Source: an uncultured Planctomycetaceae bacterium (GTDB lineage: Bacteria; Planctomycetota; Planctomycetia; Pirellulales; PALSA-1355). From it: a stretch of 64,000 nucleotides of DNA. The stretch lies in assembly GCA_963785305.1 (NCBI GenBank), contig CAWAUV010000008.1, positions 160,001-224,000 on the forward strand. The letters are read 5' to 3'. Every line of letters starts with the position of its first letter. Within the stretch, counting starts at the first letter, position 1. Shown here piece after piece: positions 21,104 through 32,779 of the stretch. The notes below the pieces were generated by a model that saw only the letters and a list, made by a program, of their open reading frames with translations, was not told the DNA's origin and did not search any database. The position numbers and the translations under genes are program-made.

Positions 21104-23844
21104 CTAAAACAAGCGCTCGCCTGTTTGCAGCTTTTTCAACATCGAGGCGGTGATCGACTGACGCGTCTTGAACATTGCAGCCCAAGGATCGCGCGCCAGC
21201 CGATTCAGCCGCGTGATCGCATTGCGGATGTTGAAATGATCCGGCCGCATGCGGGCCGTGAGCTCGTCCCAGGCAAGCGGCATGCTCACGGTAGCCCCGG
21301 CTCGAGCTCGCGTTGAATACGGCGCGATTGCGGTGGCCCCGCGATCATTGCGCAAATAGTCGATATAGATTCTCCCCCGTCGGGCCGCCTTGCTCATCGT
21401 GGACACATATTTTTCGGGCGCCGCCATCGCCAAATGTTCGGCGACCGCTTTGGAAAATGATTTGACTTCCGCCCAGGAACTTCCGCGTCGCAGTGGGGTC
21501 ACGACATGCAGTCCCTTCCCGCCCGAGGTCTTTACAAACGATTCGAGGTCGAGCGCTTCGAGCACTTGGCGCACATCGCGCACCGCCTCGGCGATTTGCT
21601 TCCAAGCAACGCCGGGGTCGGGATCGAGATCGATCACCAGCCGGTCGGGTTTATCGGGATCGTCGCGCTTGGAGCCCCAGCAGTGAATTTCGAGCACCGC
21701 CATTTGCACCAGCGCCACGAGTCCGCCGACATCGTCGATCGCGAGATAGTGCTCGGTCTTGCCATGTTCCTCGACGTCGACGCGAATGAGCCTCGGCGAA
21801 TTGCCTTCGCCCGGATGCTTTTGAAAGAAACAGGTTTTGCCGCTTCCGGCCGGGCAGCGCACCAGCGAGAGCAGGCGATCGCGCACATGCGGCAGCATCC
21901 GCTCGGCCACCTGTTCGTAATAGTGGGCCAAGTCATGCTTGGTCACGCCGTTGTCCGCGTAAAGCACTTTGTCGGGATGCGAAAGCGCGACTCCGGCGAT
22001 CGTGGCCGGGAGCGCGTCGTCGTCCCGCGCGGAACTCTTCGCCGCGGCGCTTTTCAACGCGGCGCGGCGGGAATCGCTTCGATGCTTTGTCATGGGAGTG
22101 AATTCCTGGCCCGGCTCGGGGCGCGCGGCGCTTTCCCGCGTGACTTCCCGAGCCGGCTTGTCCTCGCGGATTCCGAGAAACACCGGCTGCCGCAACAGGC
22201 CCTCATCGGTCCAGTTGGAAAAGCGAGTTTGAACCACGATTTTCGGCTCGATCCAGGTTACATCGCGCGAGGCGCCGATTCGCTCGCGACCGGCAAACGG
22301 CGGTGTCTTTCGCGTCAGTTTCTTCATTCTCGCGTGCATATCCTTCAGCGTGCGTTCGTCGAATCCGGCGCCGACGCGACCCGCGTGGATCAGTTGGCGG
22401 CGCTCGTCGTAATATCCCAAGAGCAACGCCCCGAAGCCGCCTCGCGATCCGCTTGGCTTGGTGAAGCCACCCACGACGAATTCTTCGTGCAGCGAGCATT
22501 TCACTTTGAGCCAGTCGTTTCCTCGACCCGCCACATAGGGTCGCCCGCGGCGTTTGCAGATGATGCCTTCGAGCTTCAGTCGCGCGGCCTGGGCAAACAT
22601 TTCCGGCCCTTTTCCGATCACATGCTCGCTAAAGCGAATTCGTCCCCGGTCGGTTTCAGGCGCCACGCGACGCAGCGCGGCTTTGCGTTCTTCGATCGGC
22701 CGAGAGCGGAGATCCTCGCCGTCCAAGCGCAGCAGATCGAACACGTAGTAGACGAGGCGCAAACATCGCCCCGCCGAGCAGCGTTTTGCAATTGCTGGAA
22801 GCTCGTCGTGCCATCGGGCCCAAGGGCGACGACTTCCCCATCGAGCAGCGCGCTGGTGACCGGCAAGATCGCGGCTGCCGCGGCCAACCGGGGAAACCGC
22901 GCGGTCCAATCCTTGCCGTTGCGGCTGATGAAGCGCGCCTCGCCCTTGTCCACGCGGCAGAGCATGCGGTATCCATCGAATTTGATTTCATGCAGCCAAT
23001 CGTCACCCAAGGGGGGAACGTCGGCCAAGGTGGCGAGCTCGACTTGCGCGTCGTCGGGCGGGGACGTTAGCTTCTGGGAAGCGGATTTCTTCTTCGCGGT
23101 CGCCTTCATGGCGACCCGTCGCACGGCGGGGGCTCGATCTTCGTTCGCCTTGCTTTTCTTGCCGCCGCGTGGCTTCGCTCGCTTGGAAGGCGCCGCTTTT
23201 TTAGCGGCGCACCGCGGAGTCGCCTTTTTGCGCACGGGCGATTTGGCGGTTGCGCCGGATTGCCACACGCGATCGCGATCTTCTCCAATGGCTTCGAGAT
23301 CGCGGCCCGAGGCGACGCTTAGCGGCTTCGACTTGCGGATATCGCCGCTGCTAAGCGCGTGTGAATCCTGTTGTTTGAAGAGAAACCAGTTGCGTTCATC
23401 GGCCCCGGCATGCGAGCCTCCACGACGGACGAGCATCCAGCGGCCCTTGAGCTTTTCGCCCCACAGTTCAAAGTCGAGCCGGCCGGCCGCGAGCGATTTC
23501 TTCGCATCGCCGCTGGGCAGCCACCGGCCCTGGTCCCAGAGCAGCACCGCGCCGCCGCCATATTCTCCCTCGGGGATCACGCCTTCGAAGTCGGCATAGT
23601 CGAGCGGGTGGTCTTCGACCGCGATCGCCAGCCGCTTGTCGGCCGGTCGGAGCGATGGCCCCTTGGGCACCGCCCAGCTTTTGAGCACGCCATCGACCTC
23701 GAGGCGAAAATCGTAGTGCAAGTGCGAGGCGGCGTGTTTTTGAATCGTAAAACGCGGGGCCCCGGCGCCGCGGCGGGCGCGGCTGCCTCGTGGCTCGGCC
23801 GTGGCCCTGAAATTTCGCTTGCGGCGATACTCGGCGAGGCTCAT
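21104..23844 (-). CDS. ligD: DNA ligase D (phosphoesterase-ligase-polymerase); 1 frameshift
   Basis: LAEYRRKRNF, QKHAASHLHYDFRLE, EIKFDGYR, EGIICKR, DWLKVK, FFQKH, IDLDP, KTSGGKGLH, DYLRN; shift near 22770. Confidence 0.95.
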
Positions 23845-23900
23845 CGAAGGAACTCCCGGTGGGCGGATTTGCTTTCGTTTCGCGGGCATCGCCAACCTGG

Positions 23901-23916
23901 AGCAAACTTGGCGCCA
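23901..23916 (-). promoter_or_regulatory. Putative sigma54 -24/-12 promoter (ligD)
   Basis: TGGCGCCAAGTTTGCT on minus strand, 58 nt before ATG 23844. Confidence 0.62.
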
Positions 23917-24101
23917 GCCATCGCCGCGGCTCGCCGTGCGCATTCTCCCGCCGGCTTCCCTCAAATGTCGGGGTGGTGAATCGCCCTTTCGGATTGCGTG
24001 GCGGCGCCTTATGATCGCTCGAAGTGGGGGCGATTCGCGGTGAGATTTCATTGTTCGAGCGATCGCGTGCGACACCCGGTCGCGGCCAGGAATGGATCTA
24101 T

Positions 24102-24753
24102 ATGACGAATGAAAACATCTATAGCGACGATCTTTCGCCCCAGCCCCGACCCGGCATGAGCACCGCCGCCAAATGGTTTTTGGGATTGGGCCTTGGCTGC
24201 GGCTTATTTAGTCTCTTGATCTGCGGCGGCATTATATTCACGGGCGGTTACATCGCCAAAAACGCCCAGATCACCGACCCGGTCGCGGTCCGAGCTCTGG
24301 CCGATGGCATTGTGTCGATGGATATTCCCGCGGAGTTGAAGCCCAAGATCGGAATGGATTTTCAGCTTCCGTTCACCTCGATTCGCTTCACAACGGTGGT
24401 GTTTTCAAATGAAGCCGACACCGCGAATCTGGTTCTCTGCCAGATCGTGGGGGCTGGCGACGATCAGGCCGCCCAAGCACAGAATGCGGCTGCAAATGGA
24501 AGCGCAATCGGGTCAGAGGCACAAGAACCGCGAGAAAATCACCGACGAAAAGAGCGAGCCCTACGAACGCGAAATCCACGGCTCGCCCGCGCATTTCAAG
24601 ATCCTGAGCGGAAAGAATGCGGCCGGCGCGGAGGTCCATGAGGTCGAGGGCGACTTCCAAGGAACCAAAGGCCCCGCCCTCTTGATGCTTCGCGCTCACG
24701 CCGACGACCTCTCAAGTGAAGCCCTCAAGCAAATGCTCGACTCGATGAAATAA
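24102..24753 (+). CDS. Hypothetical single-pass membrane protein; 1 frameshift
   Basis: KWFLGLGLGCGLFSLLICGG TM segment; ORFs 24024-24641 and 24409-24753 join near 24480. Confidence 0.7.
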
Positions 24754-24810
24754 GCGCGACGCGAGGCCGGGCGCGTTTCCGCGCGAAAAGCGAGTTCGGT
24801 CGGCCGCAAC

Positions 24811-25667
24811 TCAGCAAAATGCTGTTTCGAGAGGCGCGGTTTCACAAAGCGCCGATTCGCCGACCGAGCAGTCCGTGGCTCGACTCATCGCCGGGCAATC
24901 TTCCCGACGCTCGAGAATCGCCACCAGACTCACGCCTCGCCGGAACGCGCGCCCCGATTCACCCCGCGCGACTCGCAGCAGCCGATGGACCTCGCCGCAC
25001 ATGATGCGGCTCAGGAGCGCATTCACCGGTCGCGAGCGCATGGCGAAGTCGGTGCCGGCCCGGCCCGCGGTTTCGCCGCGCCACGCATTCCACCCGCGAA
25101 CGCCGCGTATCACCGGATACAATCGAGTATTGAAATAGCTCACCAACCGGCAAGTGACCGGTAACGTGGCCCAAAGCCGCTCGAAATCGGACTGGCGATA
25201 GCGGCGATAGTGGCCAAAAGACACATCATGGGGGCTCCAGAGCTCCGGACCCGCGGGTACGGTCAGCAAGAGCGACGCCCCCGGCCGAAGCGCCAGCGCC
25301 ACGTCGCGCAGCAACCCGGCGTCGTCGGGCACATGTTCGAGCACATCATTGAGCATCACCAGTCGGGCGCCTTGCAAAACCTCGCCCGGCAAGTCGCGCG
25401 GCGCTTCGCCGACAATCCACCGCGGCGCCGGATAGCGCTGGCGGGCCATGGCGATCACTTCGGCCGAGGTGTCGATGCCCACGGCTTGTCCGCGGCCGGC
25501 GAGCGACGCCAGATTCGCGCCGGCGCCGCAGCCGACATCGACCACGAAGTCCGCGGGCGCGATGGGAACCAGTTCATCGAGCAGACGACCGAGAATGGCG
25601 CGCGCGCCACGAACCACCAGTGGCGGCGCTCGATGTCGTCGTGGAGTTCGAATTGCGCGGTTTTCAT
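24811..25667 (-). CDS. Class I SAM-dependent methyltransferase; 1 frameshift
   Basis: IERRHWWF start, VVDVGCGAG, DVLEHVPDD, LLTVPA...WSPHD...GHYRRY. Confidence 0.85.
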
Positions 25668-25746
25668 GGAAAAGTATAGCTCGCGTTTGGCTCGCTCGGC
25701 GGCCCCGAACAGCGGGCGAGCAAACGCTGTTTTTCCGTTGCCACGC

Positions 25747-25788
25747 AAAAAAAGCCGGGCCGAACGCGGTAGCGGCGTTCGGCCCGGC
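25747..25788 (-). terminator. Rho-independent terminator downstream of rpoD
   Basis: Perfect 14-bp stem gccgggccgaacgc / gcgttcggcccggc, 7-nt loop, followed by T7 on the minus strand. Confidence 0.88.
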
Positions 25789-25861
25789 GAAAAGGTTGGC
25801 TAGTTGGGTGTCACTCGCTGGGCGGCGCCCGACGATGCGGCGACCCGCGACATGATGTCGC

Positions 25862-27434
25862 TTAGTCCAAGAATCCGATCAACTCTTGGCTGCGGCTGGG
25901 CTGCTGAAGCTTGCGCACGGCCTTGGCTTCGATCTGGCGAATGCGTTCGCGCGTGACCTTGAAAATGTGGCCGACCTCTTCGAGCGTGTAGCTGTAGCCA
26001 TCGCCCAGCCCGTAGCGAAGCTTGATGATCTCGCGCTCGCGGTAGCTGAGCGTTTTGAGCACTTTGGCGATGCGACCGCGGAGCATTTCCTGCGCGGCGC
26101 CCACGGCCGGATTCTCGGCGCCCGAGTCGGGCAGCAAGTCGCCGAAGTGGCTGTCCTCGCTGTTGCCCACCGGACGGTCGAGACTGATCGGATAGCGGCT
26201 CATGGCGAGCACCCGGCGCACTTCGTCGATCGCGGTTCCGGCGGCTTGGGCTGTTTCTTCGATCGTCGGCTCGCGGCCGAGGTCTTGGAGCAACTGTCGC
26301 GACACATTGCGCACCCGGGACATGGTCTCGACCATGTGGACCGGAATGCGGATCGTGCGGCTCTGGTCGGCCACGGCGCGAGTGATCGCTTGGCGAATCC
26401 ACCAAGTGGCATACGTGCAGAACTTGAAGCCGCGGCGATATTCGAACTTGTCGACCGCGCGCATCAAGCCGGCGTTGCCCTCTTGGATCAGATCCAAGAA
26501 GCTCAAACCGCGATTTCGATATTTCTTGGCGATCGACACCACGAGCCGCAAGTTGCCTTCCGACAGTCCGCGCTTGGCCTGCTGATATTGCGAATACACG
26601 CCCCGCAGGCAGCGCACTCGGTTTCGGAGGCTGGTGGGCGACTCTTGGGTGGCCCGCAGGATGCCCCGAAATTCGATCATCCACGGCTTGCGTTCCGAGA
26701 GCGGCCCCTTGGCCTTGCGATGCGCCGCGATCTGCTGCTTGAGGTAATCGACCCGGCGGCTGAACTCCTCGAGCGAACGAATCATCGGCTCGAGTCGCTG
26801 GGTGCGCAGGCCGAGCTCCTCCACGAGCTTCACGGCGCGCATGCGCCGCCGGCCGAGCCGCAGCCACGCTTCGCGGCGGGCGGTCATCTTGTTCGAACTT
26901 GCCGGTCGCAAGTCGGTAGTCCTCGCGGTTGCGCTTCAGGAGAATCTCGATCGTCTTCAGATTATGCGGAAACCGGCCCAGGATTTGGTCTTTTTCCAAG
27001 CGATCGGTCACCGACACTTGCACCGTGCGGTCGAACGGCAATTCGCCCACATGCACGCGATTGAGAATCTTGACCGCCACCTGGATCACGTAGTCGCACT
27101 GGAGTAGCTTGTGGCGAAACCGGGCACGGGTCAACTCGATTCGCTTGGCGAGCGCGATTTCCTGGGCTCGGGTAAGGAGCGGAATCTCGCCCATTTGCGT
27201 CAAGTACATGCGCACGGGATCGTCCGACCAGGACTCGTTGTCATCCTCGACCGAGGCCAAGAGCTCGTCGGCCTTGGCTTCAAGGTCGACATCGAGATCG
27301 GCGCCCAGATCGGGTTCGTCCAAGTCCTCTTCGACATCGAGGTCGTCGACCGGCTTGCCGGCCAGATCGACTACGTCGTCCGGATTGGGTGTCGTGTCGT
27401 CGTCCAATTCGTCCAGTAATGATGCGTCGTACAA
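25862..27434 (-). CDS. rpoD: RNA polymerase sigma factor, RpoD/SigA family; 1 frameshift
   Basis: DDPVRMYL (1.2), [12 protein letters not shown]...[14 protein letters not shown] (region 2), TLEEVG...TRERIRQIE (region 4); TTG start after AGGAG; shift near 26905. Confidence 0.93.
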
Positions 27435-28518
27435 GTCAACACTCCTAATGAGCCAAGTGTGTAGCGACTGCCGTCCGCTCGCGGTGATCAGAACTTGGGG
27501 AAGTTCACCGCGACACGAATCCAAGCAACCATGAGAATGGAAGCGCGACGACGTCAGCCGCCGCGCGAGCGAGCAAACCCAGCGGGGACCTCCCTCCCGC
27601 GGGTTGATTGATGGTTCCACGAAACGCCACGGCCCTTGCACCGCGCCGAGCGCTCTCGGCGACTCGCCAGCAAAAACCTCTCCCCCGCTTCGCAACCGCC
27701 TGATTCGACCGCGCAATGGTCCGAAGTAATACCCAGCCCCTTGGCAAAAGCCTCGTCGCGGCATGAACTGCCGCACGGGTTCACTGGCTCGGGACATTCA
27801 GCGCATCGATTCAGTTTTCAACCGCCTCGAACAAAAACCTAATTCGCGTCCAAACAAAAACGCTCGCAGCCGGAACCGTTCCGACCGGAAGCGCTCGCAG
27901 CCGAATCGTCGACTTGCGTTTATCATTATTTCTTCAGACGCCGAGGAAAGCCACCAAATTCTAACACCCAAAGCGCGGTTGATTTCTCTCGCCCCGCATT
28001 TGGAAGAAGATTCCGATCCGCGAGTTTCGACCGCCCGCCCAGGGCGGTGAAAACCGTTAAAAAACCCGCTCTTTACCATGCCGCGCCGGCGGCGAGACAA
28101 ACGTAAACCACAAGGACACTCCAAATCCCCCGGAATCGGATGAATCCGAGGCGCGAAGCCATGCCGCTTCGAATTCCAATCAACTCCGCAGGGCCATTTT
28201 CCCCATGCCACGCGGATTGCCTATTTGTCGCAATGCTCTTTGCCGCCATCGCGCTGTTTGCCGCCCACGCGCTGATCGCCGCGGCGAGCGGCAAATCACC
28301 GCGACTTTTCGCAAAAGTGAGCGCGATCTCCTAACGAAAATGCCATCTAATTTTAGTGATCCGCCTCCAGGAGTCTAGGGGCGCGCGCCTGGAAAAAACC
28401 CTGAAGGACCAAAAAAATCTTCCGCGGCGCCCGGCGGTCGACCCCGCGAGAATGCGCCGGCGAAAAAACTCGCGGGAAGCGCCTTTCCCAAGCGCTCGTT
28501 GCACGCGAGAATTTTCCC

Positions 28519-29037
28519 ATGAGCCATTATCTTCTGCCTTGCGAGTGCGGCCGCTCCACGCCAATTGAAACTGCCCAGGCCGGCGAGACGATCGACTGCG
28601 ATTGCGGCAAAAAAAACATCGCGCCCACGATGCGCACTATCCGAAAACTGCCGGTCGCGGCGGCGCCGGTTCCGACTCAAAAACGCCGTGTCTGGGGGCC
28701 CGCCGAGGGTGTCGTGCTGCTGGGCGGCGTCGTGGCGCTGGTCGGAGCTGGACTCTTGGGATATTGTCTTGTCGCCGCGCCGCGACTCGATGTCGATCGC
28801 TTATCGGGTCAATTCGCGGACCTCGCCCCCGCGGAAACTTGGCGCATCTGGAACATGTTGCAACATGGCTTGCCCGGCCCGGCCTCGCTCGAAACAGCGA
28901 CCATCGTTCGCGAGGGGCAAGGCTGGCGCCAGATTTTCACGACCGGCTGGGTGATCGTGGCGATCGGCGGCGTGATCCTGGCGATGGGACTTGTCTACAA
29001 ACTCACCTTAAACGCCCCGCGGGCGAGGAAAACATGA
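28519..29037 (+). CDS. Hypothetical membrane protein with N-terminal CxCG...CxCG putative zinc ribbon
   Basis: LLPCECG...IDCDCG, two hydrophobic helices; stop overlaps the next ATG. Confidence 0.75.
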   Translation: MSHYLLPCECGRSTPIETAQAGETIDCDCGKKNIAPTMRTIRKLPVAAAPVPTQKRRVWGPAEGVVLLGGVVALVGAGLLGYCLVAAPRLDVDRLSGQFADLAPAETWRIWNMLQHGLPGPASLETATIVREGQGWRQIFTTGWVIVAIGGVILAMGLVYKLTLNAPRARKT

Positions 29038-30027
29038 AAGCCGCCTTCATCCGAGCCACCGGCCCTCCCGAAGTGATCGAATACGGAGACCTGCCCACGC
29101 CCGAGCCAGGGCCCGGACAAGTGCTCGTTCGCGCGCATGCCGTGGCCGTCAACCCGATCGACACCTACATTCGCTCGGGCGCCGTGGCAATGCGGTTGCC
29201 GATGCCGTTTATCGTCGGCGCCGATCTTGCCGGCGTCGTCACCGCGGTCGGTCCGGGAGCGCCGAAGTTTCAAGTCGGCCAGCGCGTGTGGGGCTCGAAT
29301 CAAGGACTGCTCGGGCGGCAAGGCACATTCGCCGAATACACCGCCATCGATGAGCATTGGCTCTATCATCTGCCCCCTGGCGTGGAATATGAACATGCCG
29401 CGGCGGTGGCGCTGGTGGGCATTACCGCGACATCTGGGACTGGTGCGCGACGCGCGGGTTCGCTCGGGCGAGACAGTGTTCGTGCAAGGCGGCACGGGCG
29501 GCGTGGGGTCGATGGTGGTGCAAATGGCCAGGGCGCTCGGCGCCCGCGTGGCCACGACCGCCGGCAGCAAAACCAAGCTCGCCCATTGCCATCGGATCGG
29601 GGCCGAGCTGGCCATCGACTACAAGCGCGACGACATCGCGGCGCGGCTGCGCGAGTTTGCTCCCGAAGGCGTCGATGTGTTTTGGGAAACGCAGCGCGAG
29701 CCAAATTTCGATTTCGCCGTGGGCCTGCTCGCGCCGCGGGGGCGCATGATCCTGATGGCGGGTCGCGAGGCGCGGCCGACATTTCCGGTCGGTCCCTTCT
29801 ATGTCAAAGGTTGCAGCCTGCACGGGTTCGCGATGTTCAACGCCACCCCGGCCGAGCAGCAAGCCGCCGCCGAGGATATCAATCGCTGGCTCGTGAGCGG
29901 GCAATTGCAGGCTCAGATCGGTTATGAAGCTCCGCTATCGCATGCTGCCGAAGCCCACCGCATGCAAGAAGACAACACGCTCCGCAAAGCCGGCACGCTC
30001 AGCGGCAAGATCGTGCTCAAGCCCTGA
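29034..30027 (+). CDS. NADPH:quinone reductase (MDR family); 1 frameshift
   Basis: MKAAFI...VNPIDTYIRSG, VFVQGGTGGVGS, GKIVL; shift near 29430. Confidence 0.9.
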
Positions 30028-30102
30028 TCCGCGGCGCAGAGAAACGACAAACCCTTTGCGACACGCACTGATCGCACCGCCCTCATTCGCCACGGCCGCT
30101 CC

Positions 30103-30689
30103 ATGATTCTCTTGATCGACAACTACGATTCCTTCACCTACAACCTCGTGCAGCGGCTCGGCGAAATCGATCCGGCGTTGGACCTGCGCAGTCGTGCGCA
30201 ATGATTGTATCTCGCTCGATGAAATCGCCAGCCTCGAGCCTTCGCATCTGATCATCTCGCCCGGGCCATGCACTCCGAGCGAGGCCGGGGTTTCTTGCGA
30301 ATGCGTGACCCGCTTCGCCGGCAAGTTGCCGATTCTGGGCGTGTGTCTCGGGCATCAATCGATCGGGCAAGCCACCGGCGGCCAGATAGTGCGGGCCGAG
30401 CGACTCATGCACGGCAAGACCGATTTGATTCACCACGATGGCCTAGCGCTCTTCGCGGGGCTGGCGAATCCCTTCGTGGCCACGCGCTACCACAGTCTCG
30501 TGATCAAGCCCGACACCTTGAACGCCGACTATGTCGTGTGCGACGTGGAGCGATGGGCCCAATGGCCTGCGCGAGATCATGGGGATTCGTCATAAGCGGC
30601 ATCCGGTGTTCGGGGTTCAGTTTCATCCCGAGAGCTTCTTGACCGATGGCGGCGTGCGACTGCTCGAAAATTTCTTGAAGGTCGGCTGA
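30103..30689 (+). CDS. Anthranilate/aminodeoxychorismate synthase component II (TrpG/PabA); 2 frameshifts
   Basis: [45 protein letters not shown]. Confidence 0.92.
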
Positions 30690-30955
30690 ACCTCGCCGGT
30701 GTGTTCTACCGGGCGATTTTTTTCTTGCCCGGGGCCAAGCCCGGCGCCCGATTGCGTGCTAGGTTTTCGCTGGCGGGCGTTTATTCGCCGGCGCTCCCGC
30801 GTTCCCATCTTATGCGCCGCGGAGTTTGCTGGCCTGCGCCGCGCGTTCCTGTCTTTGCCCAAGCGCGCATCTCGTTCATTCACGGTCTCGTTCGTTCACC
30901 GTCCCTTTCGTTCGTCTTCTCGTGGGGTCCTCTCGATCGCCGAGAGGAGCAATCG

Positions 30956-32759
30956 ATGCATACCCGCACCATCACCGGGCTGTTGGCTCTCGCGCTCGGA
31001 TTGCCGCTTCGCGCGGCCTGGGGCGCCGATCTTGGATCGGCAAGCGCGGGCGAGAGCGCCTCGGGCGCCGGCGGTATTGTGTGCGAATCGCGCGTCGCGG
31101 GCGAGGCAGGGCTGGCGGTGCTCGAACAAGGCGGCAATGCCGTCGACGCCGCGATCGCCACGGCGCTGGCGGCTCGCTGTCGCCTGGCCCGAAGCCGGCA
31201 ATGTAGGCGGTGGCGGTCTGATGTTGATCGAGCCCGGCGGCGAACAACCGCCAACAGTGATCGACTATCTCGAAACCGCGCCTTCGGCCGCCACGAGCAA
31301 ATTGCTGTTCCCGCCGCCGACCGAGGCCAGGCCCGCGGCGAATGGCGCGGCCCCATCACCGACCAATTCTCCGCTGCCCGGTCTCGCGCAACCCGACGAG
31401 CGGCGCCACGCTTGGATCGGCGCGCCAGGCACGCTGGCCGGCCTGTGGCTCGCGCACCACGATTACGGCAAGCTCGACTGGCCGCTCCTGGTTGCCCCGG
31501 CGATTCGCCTCGCGAGCGAGGGCGTGGACGTCGACACGGCGCTGGCGCATTCGCTCAACACGGCTTTGGCCGAGGCGTGTGATCTCGCCGATTTTCAGCG
31601 GCTCTTCCGGCCGCCGGGTGGCGGCCAATGGCAACCAGGCGACCGGCTTGCGCAGCCTGAGCTCGCGCGAACCTTGCGACGCGTCGCCGAGCAAGGGCCG
31701 CTCGCCTTGTGCTCGGGTCCTATCGCCGCCGCGATGGTCGATGAAGTGTGCTCCAACGGCGGCGTGCTTTCGATCGAAGATCTGGCCGGATATTCGGCAC
31801 GGCGGCGCGAGCCGCTGCATGGCGTTTATCGCGGCTACGATGTTTATGTTCCGCCGGCGCCCAGCAGCGGCGGACTCGCGCTGATCGAGGCGCTGAACAT
31901 GCTCGAGCCGTTTGAACTGCGCGCTTTCGAGCGCTGGTCGCCGTTTACCCTGCATCTTACGAGCGAAACGCTCTGGCGAGCCGAGGCAGACGTGGGACCG
32001 TTTCTGGGCGACCCCGATTTCCAGGCGACCCCGCTGCATCTGGTTTCAAAACAGCATTCGCGACGGATCGCAAGGCAAATCGATCCGCGACGCGCCCGGG
32101 CGCCCAATCGCCATGAACGGCCGCCGGCGAATTCGCGCGACGCCGGCGGCGCGATCTGCTTTTGCGTATGCGACTCGCGGGGCATGGCCGTGTCGAACAG
32201 TTTTGGCCTGGGCCGCAGGTTCGGCTCGCGTGTCGTCGTGCCCGGCGCCGGCTTTTGCTTGAACGAATCGCTGGGGCGGTTCGCGGTCGAGAGCGGTTCC
32301 GGCAATGGGCGCCGCGCGCGGCGCGCGGCCGAGGAGCAGGGCAATTCGCTTGCGCCCGGCAAGCGCGCCTTGTCGCCGGCCACGCCGCTCATCGTGCGCC
32401 GCGATGGTCGCACGCTGCTCGTCAGCGGTTCCTCGGGCGCCCGCGCGAGCACGGCGGCGCTGTTTGGCGTGGTGGTGAATCTGCTCGAATTCAAGCTCGA
32501 TCTTCAAACGGCGATCGACGCTCCTCGCTGGCGACCCTCGGAGGCAGGGCTCGCGCTCGTGTTCGAGGGACACTCGCAAGAAGCCTATGCCGGCGCCGTG
32601 CGCGGCTTGCAATTGATGGGCTACCGCGTCGATAAACCATCGGCGCCGCTCGACGCGATCCACGCGATCCGGCAGGGGGAGCATGGACTGCAAGGCGCGG
32701 TCGATCCGCGCTCGAGCGCCACGGCGCTCGGTTTTTCGAAGCGGGACCCGAGCGATTGA
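30956..32759 (+). CDS. Gamma-glutamyltransferase-fold protein with signal peptide, catalytic residues substituted; 1 frameshift
   Basis: GGNAVDAAIA, PEAGNVGGGG, QPELARTL, PAPSSGG, APGKR, AIDAPR; shift near 31170. Confidence 0.85.
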
Positions 32760-32779
32760 ACGCGGCGTCTGCTTTCCCT

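Noticed and set aside
21506..23599. 697-aa plus-strand ORF, and similar long ORFs at 9327-10661, 41650-43074, 44241-45698, 46637-48025
   Set aside because: Antisense shadows of well-supported genes, expected at high GC; no family motifs.
25862..27434. rpoD, ligD, pstA and others as pseudogenes or programmed frameshifts
   Set aside because: Breaks are scattered over many unrelated genes, with no slippery-site pattern noticed; sequencing error is simpler.
28602..29927. 441-aa ORF overlapping the zinc-ribbon gene and qor
   Set aside because: Only 29034 to ~29430 is real qor sequence; the rest is out-of-frame read-through.
30103..30689. Orphan trpG/pabA without component I
   Set aside because: Dispersed trp/pab genes are common; not unusual.
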